A model generated the notes under the pieces. It was not told the DNA's origin and did no database searches. It saw only the letters and a program-made list of their open reading frames with translations. 64,000 bases of DNA from a virus. Position numbers and translations under genes: made by a program. Positions 37,223-46,941 of this stretch are shown here, piece by piece. The first letter of the stretch is position 1, and each line of letters starts with the position of its first letter. Where the stretch lies: positions 49,208 to 113,207 of the IMG/VR virus record IMGVR_UViG_3300028840_002420; one strand, given 5' to 3'.

Positions 37223-37838
37223 CGCGGAGAAACAGAAGGCCTCGCTGGCGCATATGCAGGCGGCGGCCGTGGTGTTCGCCGATCCCGAGAAGGCTGGACA
37301 CGCTGCCCAGCTCGAAGTCGAGACGGTGGATGATGCTTGGGTGTCGATCAGCAAGCACCACATGTTTTGCATCAATTATCCGGCGACCTGGCTCGCCGAT
37401 TTGTGGCTGTGGCTTTCGGTCCGGTGCTGGAAGATGGGCAAAGCCGCTCGGGAGGACCTACCCGACCCGCGTGAAGGTCTTCCAGGGGAAGTCAAGCTTG
37501 ATGTGATGGACCAGGTGGGGTCTGTCCAGAAAGGCCAGTGGAGCCCAGCTCAGGCTGCTGTCATCCGCAAGGCGCTCGCCGGTGAGATGCCGATGACGCT
37601 GTGGAACCTGCAGAACGGTTGGCGTGCGACGTTGCTGCAGCGTCAGGACGCCGAGAATCCGGACAAGGGCAAGGTGCTGGTCGAGGAGGATGGCCAGGTG
37701 CGGACAACTGAGCGTGGTGAGCCGCCGAAGCCGGGCGAAGCTCCTGAAGGGTCGGCGATCGTTGCCGGTGAGCCGCCGAAGCGGAAAAAGAAGCTCAAGG
37801 TCAAGATCAAGAAGCCGAAGCCTCGAAAGAAGAAGTGA
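37215..37838 (+). CDS. Hypothetical protein with Lys-rich C-terminus
   Basis: AGGAG RBS; basic tail. Confidence 0.7.
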   Translation: MTDAEKQKASLAHMQAAAVVFADPEKAGHAAQLEVETVDDAWVSISKHHMFCINYPATWLADLWLWLSVRCWKMGKAAREDLPDPREGLPGEVKLDVMDQVGSVQKGQWSPAQAAVIRKALAGEMPMTLWNLQNGWRATLLQRQDAENPDKGKVLVEEDGQVRTTERGEPPKPGEAPEGSAIVAGEPPKRKKKLKVKIKKPKPRKKK

Positions 37839-38162
37839 TGGACCAGCTATACGAGCATTTGGGGACTGCTGCTGTGATCTTCGCGTTCGCCGTTTTGGTG
37901 TGGGCCTGGAGGCGGTAGTGTTCGGCGATCATTCTGCCAAGGGATTTGAAAGGGAAGCGATGCCTGGACCAGCTCCGTTTGATTATCGTCTCGAGCGTTA
38001 TTGGCACGATCCGATTGGTGGCGCTCGTTGGGCCGTTGTGGAGTTCGGTGATCAGCGGTCAGTGCTGATGGCTTATCACGCGTTGACGCAGCAGCTCGAG
38101 CTGGACAAGGTGCGGTTCCGCGTGGTGCGACCGAATGGTGAGACTGAAGTGGAGACGGCCCC

Positions 38163-38426
38163 ATGAAGAATTGGGAGTGCGCAGCGGCTGCGTTTCTAGG
38201 GTATTTGGTGATGGCTTGGGGCTGGCCGTGGCTAGCTCGATGGATGCGGCGGCGCCGGCGAGCGCTCGATATGCAGATTCTTTGGCCGGAGATGTGCCGT
38301 CAGGCCAAGACGCTGGATCATGCCAAGGCCGCGTTTGCGTTTCATGCCGCGGCTGATCCTGCCTGGACGCGGGATTACAGCCATGACGAGCTGGTGGCCT
38401 TTATCGATAAGTTGGAGTCTGCCTGA
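38163..38426 (+). CDS. Small membrane protein
   Basis: N-terminal hydrophobic helix; DMQILWP...AFAFHA..DPAW. Confidence 0.6.
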   Translation: MKNWECAAAAFLGYLVMAWGWPWLARWMRRRRRALDMQILWPEMCRQAKTLDHAKAAFAFHAAADPAWTRDYSHDELVAFIDKLESA

Positions 38427-38974
38427 TGAAGCGAGGACAGAGGCGTTGTCTCGAGCGCGAAGTTGCCAAGGTGGCTATGTTCCTGAAGAACATGGCCAAG
38501 ACGGGCGCGTTCGACGGGCGCGAGACGCCGGCGAACATGAACTACATGCGGATCTGCTCGTACGACCACCATTTGACGGGGACGCGGCTGATCTTCACCA
38601 GAGACACCGGTCACCATACCAGCGGCTGGTTCAAGAATCCGGACTACGAGCGCTGCTTGCATTTGTCGATGTCCGCAATGCAGAGCCACACCATCGGCCG
38701 GGCCGTGGATATGAGCCCCGAGCTGCAGCGGCGCTATCTGGAGGCGTTCTTTGGAGACGCAGCGCAGCTGGCCTGGAGCGAGACTCCGAAGAGCCCAGAG
38801 GGCATCCGGCGCGGTGTGATGCACTGGCGTGTGTTCTGCGATGAGCGCTGGTTGCCAATCAAACCGCGTGGCGAGGTCTACTCGCTCGAGTTCACCGAAA
38901 AGGGCTGGCAGTCGGCCTCCGAGCTGTTCGAGACGAAGGGCCAGATCATCGAGTCAGTGCTGGAGCCGGGCTAA
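38426..38974 (+). CDS. Conserved hypothetical phage protein
   Basis: GHHTSGWFKNPDYERCLHLS...HWRVFCD...PRGEVYS. Confidence 0.75.
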   Translation: MKRGQRRCLEREVAKVAMFLKNMAKTGAFDGRETPANMNYMRICSYDHHLTGTRLIFTRDTGHHTSGWFKNPDYERCLHLSMSAMQSHTIGRAVDMSPELQRRYLEAFFGDAAQLAWSETPKSPEGIRRGVMHWRVFCDERWLPIKPRGEVYSLEFTEKGWQSASELFETKGQIIESVLEPG

Positions 38975-39170
38975 TGGCCGATCGATTGGTTGGAAACCGT
39001 TGCGCTCCGCGGCGTGCGTACGGAGATTGGCTCGAGCGCGAGCACGATCCGCTCCGTGATGAGAGCAAGGTCATCACGCTGCGGAATGTTCCGGGGCTGC
39101 CCGATGGCGATTACGTGGTGTGCATCTGCCGGCACTGCGGAAGCCTTTACGTGCAGCACATCAGTGACCT

Positions 39171-39401
39171 ATGACGAAGAACAGAGTGTGGTTCCGGTTC
39201 GATCATCCGCTGACGATCGGCAATCCGCTGATCAGCGAACAGACCGGTAAGCAGATCGGGACGATCGTGGGCTGCTACCTCCACCCAGAGGGACATTACG
39301 AGGTCGAATGCCGGGTGGACGAAGAGACCTACCAGAAGCTTGCGGAAGCTCACAACCGCGGCCATAGCATCGGGGCCGTTGCGGAAGGGAAGTTGAACTG
39401 A
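39171..39401 (+). CDS. Hypothetical protein
   Basis: Coupled ORF in operon. Confidence 0.55.
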   Translation: MTKNRVWFRFDHPLTIGNPLISEQTGKQIGTIVGCYLHPEGHYEVECRVDEETYQKLAEAHNRGHSIGAVAEGKLN

Positions 39402-39907
39402 TGGGGAGCCGATGTAGGGGGCAGTGTTGCCAGGCGTTCGTGTTGGGTGGGTACGATCTCGAGTACATCCAGCGTTCGTACGACAACACGATCCGGATGT
39501 GGCTGGGCGAGGACTTCGGGTGGACGAAGCCGGAAGGCTGGCTGCCGACGCTGGTCAACGGGATCTTCAGGTGGTGGCCGTGGATGGTTTACCTGGGGCG
39601 GTTCAAGGCTCATCCGGTGACGGGCGCCGAGCACCAAGAGATGGACTATTTCACTTGCTCGCAGTTTTCGGAGGAGGGCAATTGCTTGGTCTACGATCGC
39701 CGTCCGCATTTCTGCCGGACCTACGGGATCACGACGCCCTGTGAGCACGAGGGCTGTCAGTGGGCCGGAGCCTGGAAGAAAGGTGAGCCTGCTCCTGTCA
39801 GTAGCCCGGAGATGCGGAAAGCTCTGATGGATGAGGTGCAGGAAGTGGATGTGGAGCCGATAGACGTGCTCGGGAAAGATGAGGTGGTTCAACCATGGCA
39901 AACCTGA
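39401..39907 (+). CDS. YkgJ/CxxCxxCC-like Cys-cluster protein
   Basis: CRGQCC...C.....GNCLVYDRRPHFCRTY. Confidence 0.7.
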   Translation: MGSRCRGQCCQAFVLGGYDLEYIQRSYDNTIRMWLGEDFGWTKPEGWLPTLVNGIFRWWPWMVYLGRFKAHPVTGAEHQEMDYFTCSQFSEEGNCLVYDRRPHFCRTYGITTPCEHEGCQWAGAWKKGEPAPVSSPEMRKALMDEVQEVDVEPIDVLGKDEVVQPWQT

Positions 39908-40113
39908 TGGCGTGCAAGATCCCAGGCTGCCCGAACACGATGACGTTTTCGGCCTACAATGTGCGGCCGATCTGTAACGAACACTGGCAACAGTTGCCCG
40001 AAGAGCTGAAAACAGAGATACTGCTGGCACGGCACGAGGGGCCGCGAAGAGTCGCGCAGACGTTGACCGCAGCTCAGCGGGTGTTGACGGAGAGAAAAGA
40101 TGCAGGGGTTTGA
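39895..40113 (+). CDS. Small zinc-binding protein
   Basis: CKIPGC...ICNEHWQQLP. Confidence 0.6.
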   Translation: MANLMACKIPGCPNTMTFSAYNVRPICNEHWQQLPEELKTEILLARHEGPRRVAQTLTAAQRVLTERKDAGV

Positions 40114-40390
40114 TCTCAAGAACGACCAGCCGGAGATTCCGGAGCACTTCAAGGCGCTCTGCCAGGGGCGGATGGTTCGCTACGTCCATCCAAGCGGTGT
40201 GACGCGGCCGGCTGTGGTGGTCGATGTCGTCGACCAGGGGCTGGGCCTGGTCGAGCTCCAGGTATTTGCCGGCGAGGGTTTGGCGATGGCCTCGTACATC
40301 GATGAGACGACGGGTCGAGCTGGCGTGTACGAATACGACGCCAAGGGCGTTGCCGCGAACAGCTGGCATTGGCCTCCGCGCCAAGGTTGA
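40100..40390 (+). CDS. Conserved hypothetical phage protein
   Basis: GRMVRYV...RPAVV...LQVF...WHWPPR. Confidence 0.7.
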   Translation: MQGFDLKNDQPEIPEHFKALCQGRMVRYVHPSGVTRPAVVVDVVDQGLGLVELQVFAGEGLAMASYIDETTGRAGVYEYDAKGVAANSWHWPPRQG

Positions 40391-40394
40391 GACC

Positions 40395-40643
40395 ATGGCC
40401 CGGCTGTCGGCCAATCAGGAGATCCTATTGCTGCTGATGATCGATGAAGCGGACCGCTGGTGGACCGCGGCAGCCGCTCGAGTTCGGTGGCCGACAGATA
40501 GCGCTCCGAATTGCGTAGCGCTCGGAATAGCGCTGCGCGGGCTCTGGAGCCGGGGGTTGACGCATCGGGAGCATGGGCCTCCATCATCGTACCGATTGAA
40601 CCACGGCGGAAAGCTGGCCGCGAAGGAGCTGAAGAATGGCTGA
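40395..40643 (+). CDS. Small winged-helix protein
   Basis: LSANQEILL...LRGLWSRGL...YRLNHGG. Confidence 0.55.
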   Translation: MARLSANQEILLLLMIDEADRWWTAAAARVRWPTDSAPNCVALGIALRGLWSRGLTHREHGPPSSYRLNHGGKLAAKELKNG

Positions 40644-40881
40644 CAGGCCGAAATATTATCCGTTCATGCCGGTCCAGCTCGAGACGATGGACGGTCATCG
40701 TGTAGTGACGGCGTTGATCCCGCCGTTTCAGTCGTTGCCCGAAGTTGTGTCGTGGGGAACGCGGACGTTCAAGCTTCATGCTGATCCGCAGGATAGCTAC
40801 GCGCCGATCGTCTATCGAGAAGTGTTCGCTGTGGCGATTGTGATGACGGTGGACGAATACGCGGGGTCCGCAGATGCGTGA
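40636..40881 (+). CDS. Hypothetical protein
   Basis: AGGAG RBS; IPPF..LPEVVSWGTRTF. Confidence 0.6.
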   Translation: MADRPKYYPFMPVQLETMDGHRVVTALIPPFQSLPEVVSWGTRTFKLHADPQDSYAPIVYREVFAVAIVMTVDEYAGSADA

Positions 40882-41164
40882 TCGATTCCGTGTGGACGCA
40901 CAGGTGCTCGGTGAGGAGTGTTCTTTGGGGACGCTCACCATTTACGGCGAGACGCTCGAAGACGCCATGGTGAGCGTGCTGGGGCTGCTGACACCGCACA
41001 TTCACGAAGGAGCTGCGGTTCAGATCCTTGGGACGGGTGTGTTCTGCGACGAATGCCGAGCTTACCATCCGTGCACCGATCGGCTACTTCAGAAGCACTC
41101 TGCTGATGAGGTTGAAGCGGAGGAAGCTCCGCCTCTGCCAGCTCCGCCCAACGGTTTCAATTGA
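40874..41164 (+). CDS. Hypothetical protein
   Basis: Coupled ORF; CDEC..YH. Confidence 0.55.
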   Translation: MRDRFRVDAQVLGEECSLGTLTIYGETLEDAMVSVLGLLTPHIHEGAAVQILGTGVFCDECRAYHPCTDRLLQKHSADEVEAEEAPPLPAPPNGFN

Positions 41165-41378
41165 TGAGGCTGTGGCCTTGGGCACGTAGGCCGCGATGCT
41201 GCAGGCGCGCGGTCAAGATCATCTATGCCGGGCTGCCAGGCCGCTGGTGTCCGCGGTGTGGAAGGCTTAGCGGTCCCGCGTGTTGGGCCGCTCAGATATT
41301 CTTCACGGGCTGGATGATGACCTACACCGGTAGCTACTGGCTGGCGCTGTGGGAGTGGTTGCGGAATTCCGCATCGAA

Positions 41379-41459
41379 TGCGGAATAGAGGGTTGACAGT
41401 GCGGAGAGTCTCCGCTACCTTCTAATTATCGCTTCGGCGATTCACCAAGGAGACTCACG
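41379..41459 (+). promoter_or_regulatory. Class B (host sigma70-like) promoter cassette
   Basis: TGCGGAATAG; TTGACA 41393-98, 17 nt, TACCTT; TGCGGAG after -35; UUCG hairpin; CCAAGGAGACTCA RBS. Confidence 0.75.
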
Positions 41460-41858
41460 ATGACGACCGAATCTACCATTATCGCAAAGCACGGTGGCCT
41501 CTCTTGGGAAGCCGGAACCTGTGATGCCGGTCCGTATTACCTCAACAACCGGTGGATGATCTTTGCCAGCTTTGGTACTCGGAGCTTGGCAATCAGTCGG
41601 CCGGGTAGTGTGTGGCAGCGCGAAGCGTTTGAGACTTCGCGGGCCGCATTTGAAGCCTGTAAGTTGGTGCTTGATCCTGAGTGCTATAACGCCGAAGAAA
41701 TCCGGCGCGTGGTTCGGGTAGCTACTGTTGCTGCTCGGGCGGAGTGGAAACGGTTCGGCGAGACAATCGGGCGGATCGGTGGTTCTAGCGCTGTTGCGGC
41801 GTATCACGCTGCAACTCTTGATCGGGTGTGCAAAAAGTTGGAAGGGGGCTCCCGATGA
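41460..41858 (+). CDS. Hypothetical (probable early) protein
   Basis: First gene after a class B promoter; AAGGAG RBS. Confidence 0.75.
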   Translation: MTTESTIIAKHGGLSWEAGTCDAGPYYLNNRWMIFASFGTRSLAISRPGSVWQREAFETSRAAFEACKLVLDPECYNAEEIRRVVRVATVAARAEWKRFGETIGRIGGSSAVAAYHAATLDRVCKKLEGGSR

Positions 41859-42175
41859 AGTCCGATAAAACGGTGTTCCCGCTCGAGCCGGGCGAGCTGA
41901 CCAAGATCTTGGAGCGTGGGATCACTGAGGCCGATCGGCGCGGTCCGACGCTGAACCCTTCCTACAATGAGCTGCTGCGTCACTGGGCGGCAACCGGACA
42001 CCCGACCGATCCGCAGTGCGAGATCTGCGGAAAGGACGTGACGGGGCTGGACATCCACGATAGCGGCTACGATTGGCGCTGTGATGACTGCCAGGATGAT
42101 CCGGTGTTCTGCACGGACGAAGACGATCGTGCGGAGCGGTTCTACTTCTCACCCAGGGAGCCGGCCAGTGACTAA
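41855..42175 (+). CDS. Hypothetical protein with zinc finger
   Basis: CEIC...CDDC. Confidence 0.6.
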   Translation: MKSDKTVFPLEPGELTKILERGITEADRRGPTLNPSYNELLRHWAATGHPTDPQCEICGKDVTGLDIHDSGYDWRCDDCQDDPVFCTDEDDRAERFYFSPREPASD

Positions 42176-42806
42176 GCGATACCGTTGGAGCTGCGAGGGC
42201 GGTCATCCGGGCGTGTTGGCGCCGGGAAGGCTCCGCAAGGTGGACATTCGGCGTTATTGCTGGGAGTGCTCCAAGGCCGCGGGTGTGCTGGTCGAGCGGA
42301 CGTGCGGAGTGCTCGAGGCCAAGCGGGCGGCCAAGGCCGAGCGTCGGGTAGCCAAGCGCGCGAAGGCCTCGGAGAAGCGCAAGGCTGCGGCAGCCGTCTA
42401 TCCAGGGATCATTCACGAGCTGTTCCGCAAGTGGAAGCGGTTGCGGGCGTGGGACTGCCCGGACCGTATCAAGCGGGCCAAGCTTCGCAGTATGCGGCGT
42501 CGGCGAGCGGGGGAAGAATCGACGGGGACGTGCTGGGGCGGTGGGATTCCGTCGATCACGTTGACGGTTGGGACGGACGCTGCAGATGGCTACGCTACGT
42601 TGCTCCACGAGCTGGCTCACGCGGGTTGTGTTGTCGGGGAGAGTCACGGGTCCGCGTGGCGCACGACGTTTCTGGAGGCTGCTGAAGAGGTCACAGGCGA
42701 AAAGCTGACGCCGTGTTTCGTCTCGAGTTGCCACGATGTTCACCGAGCCGTGCGGACGGCATTCGAGCGGATGATCGAGCGTGGCGACCTTCCAGGGAGG
42801 GTGTGA
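42168..42806 (+). CDS. SprT-like HExxH metallopeptidase-domain protein
   Basis: GTCW...TLLHELAHA...HGSAW; N-terminal CWEC. Confidence 0.7.
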   Translation: MTKRYRWSCEGGHPGVLAPGRLRKVDIRRYCWECSKAAGVLVERTCGVLEAKRAAKAERRVAKRAKASEKRKAAAAVYPGIIHELFRKWKRLRAWDCPDRIKRAKLRSMRRRRAGEESTGTCWGGGIPSITLTVGTDAADGYATLLHELAHAGCVVGESHGSAWRTTFLEAAEEVTGEKLTPCFVSSCHDVHRAVRTAFERMIERGDLPGRV

Positions 42807-43252
42807 TGCAGCTCGAGCTGGATTTTGGGCGGCCATTCGAGAATGAGGAGCTGCACTGGGTGACGGGTTGCCGGCCGGATTATTCCGCTCAGCCGATGGC
42901 TCAGTACACCATCATGATCCGTGCGGATGATGATCCGGAGCGGAAGCCGCGGCCGAAGGGCGGTCAGAAGGATCGTCGTCCGCATCTGACGATCGCCAAG
43001 TGGTCGATCGAGGACATCAAGGCTAAGCTGCTCGAGCACTTGTCAGACGGCGAGCCGCGGACGTTCAACCGGATCGGTATCGAGCTGTGGGACAAGGGCG
43101 GAGACCTGCTAGCAGGGACGAAAGTGGAGGAAGCTCTGTGGGAGCTGGTCGAAGAGTACGAAGTAGGGTGTACGGTCCGGGCGCCGATCCGGTTCGTGGT
43201 GAATCTGGAATGGCGTTGGGACCACGAGCGGAAGGAGTGGGTTGAGCGATGA
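42806..43252 (+). CDS. Hypothetical protein
   Basis: GGAGG RBS; begins MQLELDF. Confidence 0.65.
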   Translation: MQLELDFGRPFENEELHWVTGCRPDYSAQPMAQYTIMIRADDDPERKPRPKGGQKDRRPHLTIAKWSIEDIKAKLLEHLSDGEPRTFNRIGIELWDKGGDLLAGTKVEEALWELVEEYEVGCTVRAPIRFVVNLEWRWDHERKEWVER

Positions 43253-43809
43253 TGTGCCTGGGTCAAATACGAAAAGCCGCCGCGGAATGTGTGACGTGCC
43301 TAGAACGAGAGCGTTGTGCGGCGATTGCGGAAAGCAGGGCGAGTGCCGTGGATGATCAAGTAATGACAAGGCGACAAGTTTCGATCTTGATCGCCCTCGA
43401 TGAAGACGAGTGGTTTGCCCCAGCGGAAATTCGAAGGCGGGTTGTCGAAGGGAGGGGTGGGGGCGTTCATTCAGCGCTGCAATCCGGAATCGGTTGGGGG
43501 TGGGTAGAGAAGCATGAAACGCGTTATCGGCTGACTGCTAAAGGCCGAATGGTTTTAGAGCGATCGATTAAATATTATGGCGACATGATGCGGGCTGGTG
43601 AGGACATCATCAATCAATTTGTTGCGGCAGCCGTTGCGGACTGGCTGTACGAGCGGCGTGACTGGACCGCGGAAGATGCCGCATTGGAGGCCTCCGATTT
43701 TATCGTGAAGCGGTCGGGGTCGCGCGGGGACTTTGAGATGCAGTCGCGGCTGACTGAGTATCTTCTCGATCGTTTTGAAAAGCGCGAAAAGGCGGCCGAT
43801 GGCACTTAG
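43249..43809 (+). CDS. Winged-HTH-containing protein
   Basis: MTRRQVSILIAL...PAEIRRRV...GWVEK....YRLTAKG. Confidence 0.6.
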   Translation: MMCLGQIRKAAAECVTCLERERCAAIAESRASAVDDQVMTRRQVSILIALDEDEWFAPAEIRRRVVEGRGGGVHSALQSGIGWGWVEKHETRYRLTAKGRMVLERSIKYYGDMMRAGEDIINQFVAAAVADWLYERRDWTAEDAALEASDFIVKRSGSRGDFEMQSRLTEYLLDRFEKREKAADGT

Positions 43810-44038
43810 GAAGTATCAGATTCGTGGTCTGCGGAAGCTTCGAGAGCTGGCGAATTTCGAGCGGGCTCATTTCGAGAGGATCGGGGTCGGTGTGGATGAA
43901 AAGCTGCCTGTGCTCGAGTCGGAGGTGACGGCGTTCATCAAAGAGCGGACGCGTCTTTATCGCCAGACGTGGGTATTGCCGCTGATTGATGCGCTGTTGC
44001 GCGGAGATGTCGAGGCCGTGAACAGGAAGTGTGATTGA
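43799..44038 (+). CDS. Hypothetical protein
   Basis: VTAFIKERTRLYRQTWVLP, phage-typical. Confidence 0.6.
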   Translation: MALRKYQIRGLRKLRELANFERAHFERIGVGVDEKLPVLESEVTAFIKERTRLYRQTWVLPLIDALLRGDVEAVNRKCD

Positions 44039-44343
44039 TGCTCAACGATAAGACGATTGGCGTGTACTACCTTGGCTACGGGCTCGAGCCGTCGCGAGAG
44101 CCGGAAGAGCACGAAGAGATCATCTGCGTGCCGAAGGACGGCCAGGCGGTCGAGGAAGCAGCCAAGGAGATGCTTCAGGACGTGATGGCGATCCATCTGG
44201 AAGGGGGTTTGCCTGGACCGGTACGGTTCGGCAAGCTGGTTTCGCTGTTCACCGAAGCGCTCAAAGCTGTGGAGCTCGAGCCGGTAGACAGCAGTGACCG
44301 CGGGCATTGGTTCGTTCTGCGGTGGGAGGAAAGGACAAATTGA
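44035..44343 (+). CDS. Hypothetical protein
   Basis: Coupled ORF. Confidence 0.55.
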   Translation: MMLNDKTIGVYYLGYGLEPSREPEEHEEIICVPKDGQAVEEAAKEMLQDVMAIHLEGGLPGPVRFGKLVSLFTEALKAVELEPVDSSDRGHWFVLRWEERTN

Positions 44344-44831
44344 AGATTCCGAGGACTGATTGGGACACCTACTGGATGCTGCTGGCACACCTGACGGCGA
44401 CACGGAGCACGTGCGATCGGGGGCCGGAGCTGCTGTTTGACCCTGGACGGCGAGGCGTCGGTGCGGTGCTGGTCCGGGACAAGCGGATGATCGCGGGCGG
44501 CTACAGCGGCTCTGCTCCAGGACAGCCGCATTGCAGCGATGCGGACCATCTGATGGTCGAGGGGCATTGTGTGCGGACGCTGCATAGCGAGGTCAACGCG
44601 ATTCTGCAGTGCGCGTTGGATGGAGTCTCTCCGGCCGGAGCGGCGCTGTATTGCACGGCCAGTCCGTGCTTCGACTGCGCCAAGGCGATCATTCGGGCTG
44701 GAATCGTTCGAGTAGTCTACGGAAGCCCTTACGATTCACGGTATGGCTTGAGCGGCGGTGTGGGGGCGATGCTGACTAAGGCTGGGATCGCTGCAGAAGA
44801 GCTTGCCCTACAGCGGAGCGACTTCGAGTAA
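44340..44831 (+). CDS. dCMP deaminase (ComEB-like)
   Basis: WDTYWM, RSTCDR, VGAVLV, HSEVNA, PCFDC. Confidence 0.9.
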   Translation: MKIPRTDWDTYWMLLAHLTATRSTCDRGPELLFDPGRRGVGAVLVRDKRMIAGGYSGSAPGQPHCSDADHLMVEGHCVRTLHSEVNAILQCALDGVSPAGAALYCTASPCFDCAKAIIRAGIVRVVYGSPYDSRYGLSGGVGAMLTKAGIAAEELALQRSDFE

Positions 44832-44840
44832 ACTGGCGCG

Positions 44841-45701
44841 GTGGAGCGGCAAGCAACAGCACGGCGGCGAGCGCTGATCGATCAGGCTTTGGCGGCATTG
44901 CCCGAGCAGGCGAATCCTACCGAAGGGCCTCCAGAGGGTTCAGTTCGGCGTCATGGTTGCGAGTATGAGAGCAAGTGCATCACAGTCGCTACGGCCGGGA
45001 CCTGGAGGGCTTTGTCATGTGCGGAATGCGAGCTGCGAGCGGTGCCCGTGGATTGGCACAAGGTCGCGACTCCGCCCCGTGGCGGTCAGACCTGGATCGA
45101 CGAACAGGACGGAATCAGGAATCGGGATGTCGGGCCCTTGAAAGCCGCGTTGGATAAGCAGCCGGTCGCTCGGGGGTCCAGTTGGAAAGACGAGCAGGTG
45201 AAGACGAAAAAGCAGGCGCCTACGAAACCCGTGGAGGAATCGATGTCGAGAGCCAAGAGCGTGTTTGAAATGCTGCCCGATGCCGCGCGGCCGATCATTG
45301 GAGAGGCCGTAGGCTCAAGCGAGAGCCGTTTTGCGGAGTGGTACGCAGCGTTGAAGAAGGCCTGCCCGAAATCGCAGCTCGGAAGCGCTGCAGCGTTCAG
45401 GATGTGGATTTTGGGGCAACGGCGGAAGCGCTCGGGCAAACCGGCGCGGCCGGCAACGAACAACACCGGGCGGAAGGCCCCGACCAAGAAGGTGAAGGCC
45501 AAGAAGGCGAAGGCTGTCACGGTCACACAGCCGCCGCTGGTCAAGCCCAAGAAGCGGAAAGCCATTCCGAGTGCTGATCGGTCGCCGTCCGAGCTGGCGC
45601 AGCGGGCAGTGACGATCGTCGAGGCCATAGCGGATTTGACGGAGGACGAACGCTCGAGAGTGATCGGCTCCGTTAACCGTCTGCTCGCAACAGACGGCTA
45701 A
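44841..45701 (+). CDS. Hypothetical protein (Cys motif and basic C-terminal half); a second start at MSRAK is possible
   Basis: CEYESKC...SCAEC; internal GGAGG RBS before ATG about 45243. Confidence 0.55.
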   Translation: MERQATARRRALIDQALAALPEQANPTEGPPEGSVRRHGCEYESKCITVATAGTWRALSCAECELRAVPVDWHKVATPPRGGQTWIDEQDGIRNRDVGPLKAALDKQPVARGSSWKDEQVKTKKQAPTKPVEESMSRAKSVFEMLPDAARPIIGEAVGSSESRFAEWYAALKKACPKSQLGSAAAFRMWILGQRRKRSGKPARPATNNTGRKAPTKKVKAKKAKAVTVTQPPLVKPKKRKAIPSADRSPSELAQRAVTIVEAIADLTEDERSRVIGSVNRLLATDG

Positions 45702-45901
45702 GCCGCGGCGACGTTCCGCACGGGTACCATCTCCTCCAAGCACTCACCACAGTAAGCCACCCCACCATCGAATTGACGGCCGGACGCAATCTCATCTGTG
45801 GAGAAAATGAGCGGAGTTGAGGGCTTACACCCGTTCGGGCATACCGCTACAGCGTCGTGGACCGCGCACCATTGCGCGTATGTTCGAATTGCTCGTTTCA
45901 T
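45698..45901 (-). CDS. Small Cys-containing protein on the minus strand
   Basis: VCPNGC...YCGECL; converges on the upstream operon; TTGACA upstream on the minus strand. Confidence 0.55.
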   Translation of the reverse strand: MKRAIRTYAQWCAVHDAVAVCPNGCKPSTPLIFSTDEIASGRQFDGGVAYCGECLEEMVPVRNVAAA

Positions 45902-45923
45902 GGGTCCAGGTCCGCATCTGCCT

Positions 45924-45953
45924 ACATCTTGATCGCTGATTGCGGAATGTCAA
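45924..45953 (-). promoter_or_regulatory. Leftward sigma70-like promoter
   Basis: Minus-strand TTGACA (45953-45948) directly followed by TTCCGCA; -10 box weak. Confidence 0.45.
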
Positions 45954-45989
45954 GGGATGCGGGTGTTTACGATTGCGGAATTCGTTTTC

Positions 45990-46064
45990 TGCGGAATAGG
46001 GGTTGCAAAGTGCGGAGTCGCGGTCACCATGATCAGTGCCTTTGGGCGAACCCAGGAGACTCAG
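45990..46064 (+). promoter_or_regulatory. Class B promoter cassette
   Basis: TGCGGAATAGGGGTTGCAAAGTGCGGAG...CCAGGAGACTCAGATG. Confidence 0.7.
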
Positions 46065-46310
46065 ATGACGGCGGAAGAGGATCGCGCGTTCGAGCAGGAT
46101 CAGATCATGTCGTGGGCAAGGAAGTTGTGGCCTCGTACTTCGCAGCTCCGGCCAATCAAGACGTTTTCGTCGATTTGCAACGGGCAGCAGTGGTACATGG
46201 TGCTGTCCGATAGCGGAAACAAGCTGGCGATGGCGTTTTTAGACCCGACAAATTTCTTGCCGTGGTTTCAGCCGGTCGGGTCGACGGAGCCCGACGAGTG
46301 CGGAGGGTAG
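46065..46310 (+). CDS. Hypothetical (probable early) protein
   Basis: AGGAG RBS, ATG 46065. Confidence 0.7.
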   Translation: MTAEEDRAFEQDQIMSWARKLWPRTSQLRPIKTFSSICNGQQWYMVLSDSGNKLAMAFLDPTNFLPWFQPVGSTEPDECGG

Positions 46311-46344
46311 TGCAAATAATGCGGAGTGGTGTAACATCTGCGGA

Positions 46345-46656
46345 ATGCCGCAGCTCAAGCTACCTTTCCGCGGGGCGATTTTGTCGCGGAAGCATGGCGG
46401 AACGGCGAAGTGCCGCGGCTATTGCCGGTATTGGAAGACGCGTCCGCGGCAGCTCGAAGATTGGCTGCTTTGCGCTGGTAGTATCGATTGGCCTCCGTGT
46501 CCGGACTATCAGGTTTGTCGGGCCAATCCAGCTCCGCGGTTGGTCATTGTCAAAGACCCGTCCAAGCCGCCACCAAACTACACACTGCGGCCGAAAGGCC
46601 AGAGAGGGGGAGCCAATGCCGAAGACGGCGGGAACCTACCCGATGACACCAATTGA
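46345..46656 (+). CDS. Small Cys-rich protein
   Basis: Begins MPQLKLPF; CRGYC...C...CPDYQVC. Confidence 0.5.
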   Translation: MPQLKLPFRGAILSRKHGGTAKCRGYCRYWKTRPRQLEDWLLCAGSIDWPPCPDYQVCRANPAPRLVIVKDPSKPPPNYTLRPKGQRGGANAEDGGNLPDDTN

Positions 46657-46939
46657 AGATCATATCGCCCGCGCTTTGTCACTCGCTGGGCTGAGTAGCC
46701 GTGAGATCGCTAAGATGCTCGGACGGAGCGATAAGACGATCAGCCTGGCCTTTGAGCGTGCGAGTGCGAGCGAGGATGATCATCCATTATTGCGGATGGC
46801 GTCTCAAAAGGAGGTGCTTAAGTCGCTGTCTGCGAGCGATAAGCGGCTGCTGACGAATATCTTGGGCTTCTCCCAGTGGTTGAGCTCCGGAAGAGAAAAC
46901 GGCTACGTGGCTGCGCTAGTGCGGCTGATTCGAGGGTAA
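46616..46939 (+). CDS. HTH DNA-binding protein
   Basis: GLSSREIAKMLGRSDKTIS; GGAG RBS. Confidence 0.75.
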   Translation: MPKTAGTYPMTPIEDHIARALSLAGLSSREIAKMLGRSDKTISLAFERASASEDDHPLLRMASQKEVLKSLSASDKRLLTNILGFSQWLSSGRENGYVAALVRLIRG

Positions 46940-46941
46940 CG

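Noticed and set aside
37716-37782. Short direct repeat GGTGAGCCGCCGAAGC
   Set aside because: Two in-frame copies encoding GEPPK in a low-complexity tail; no sign of a DNA-level role
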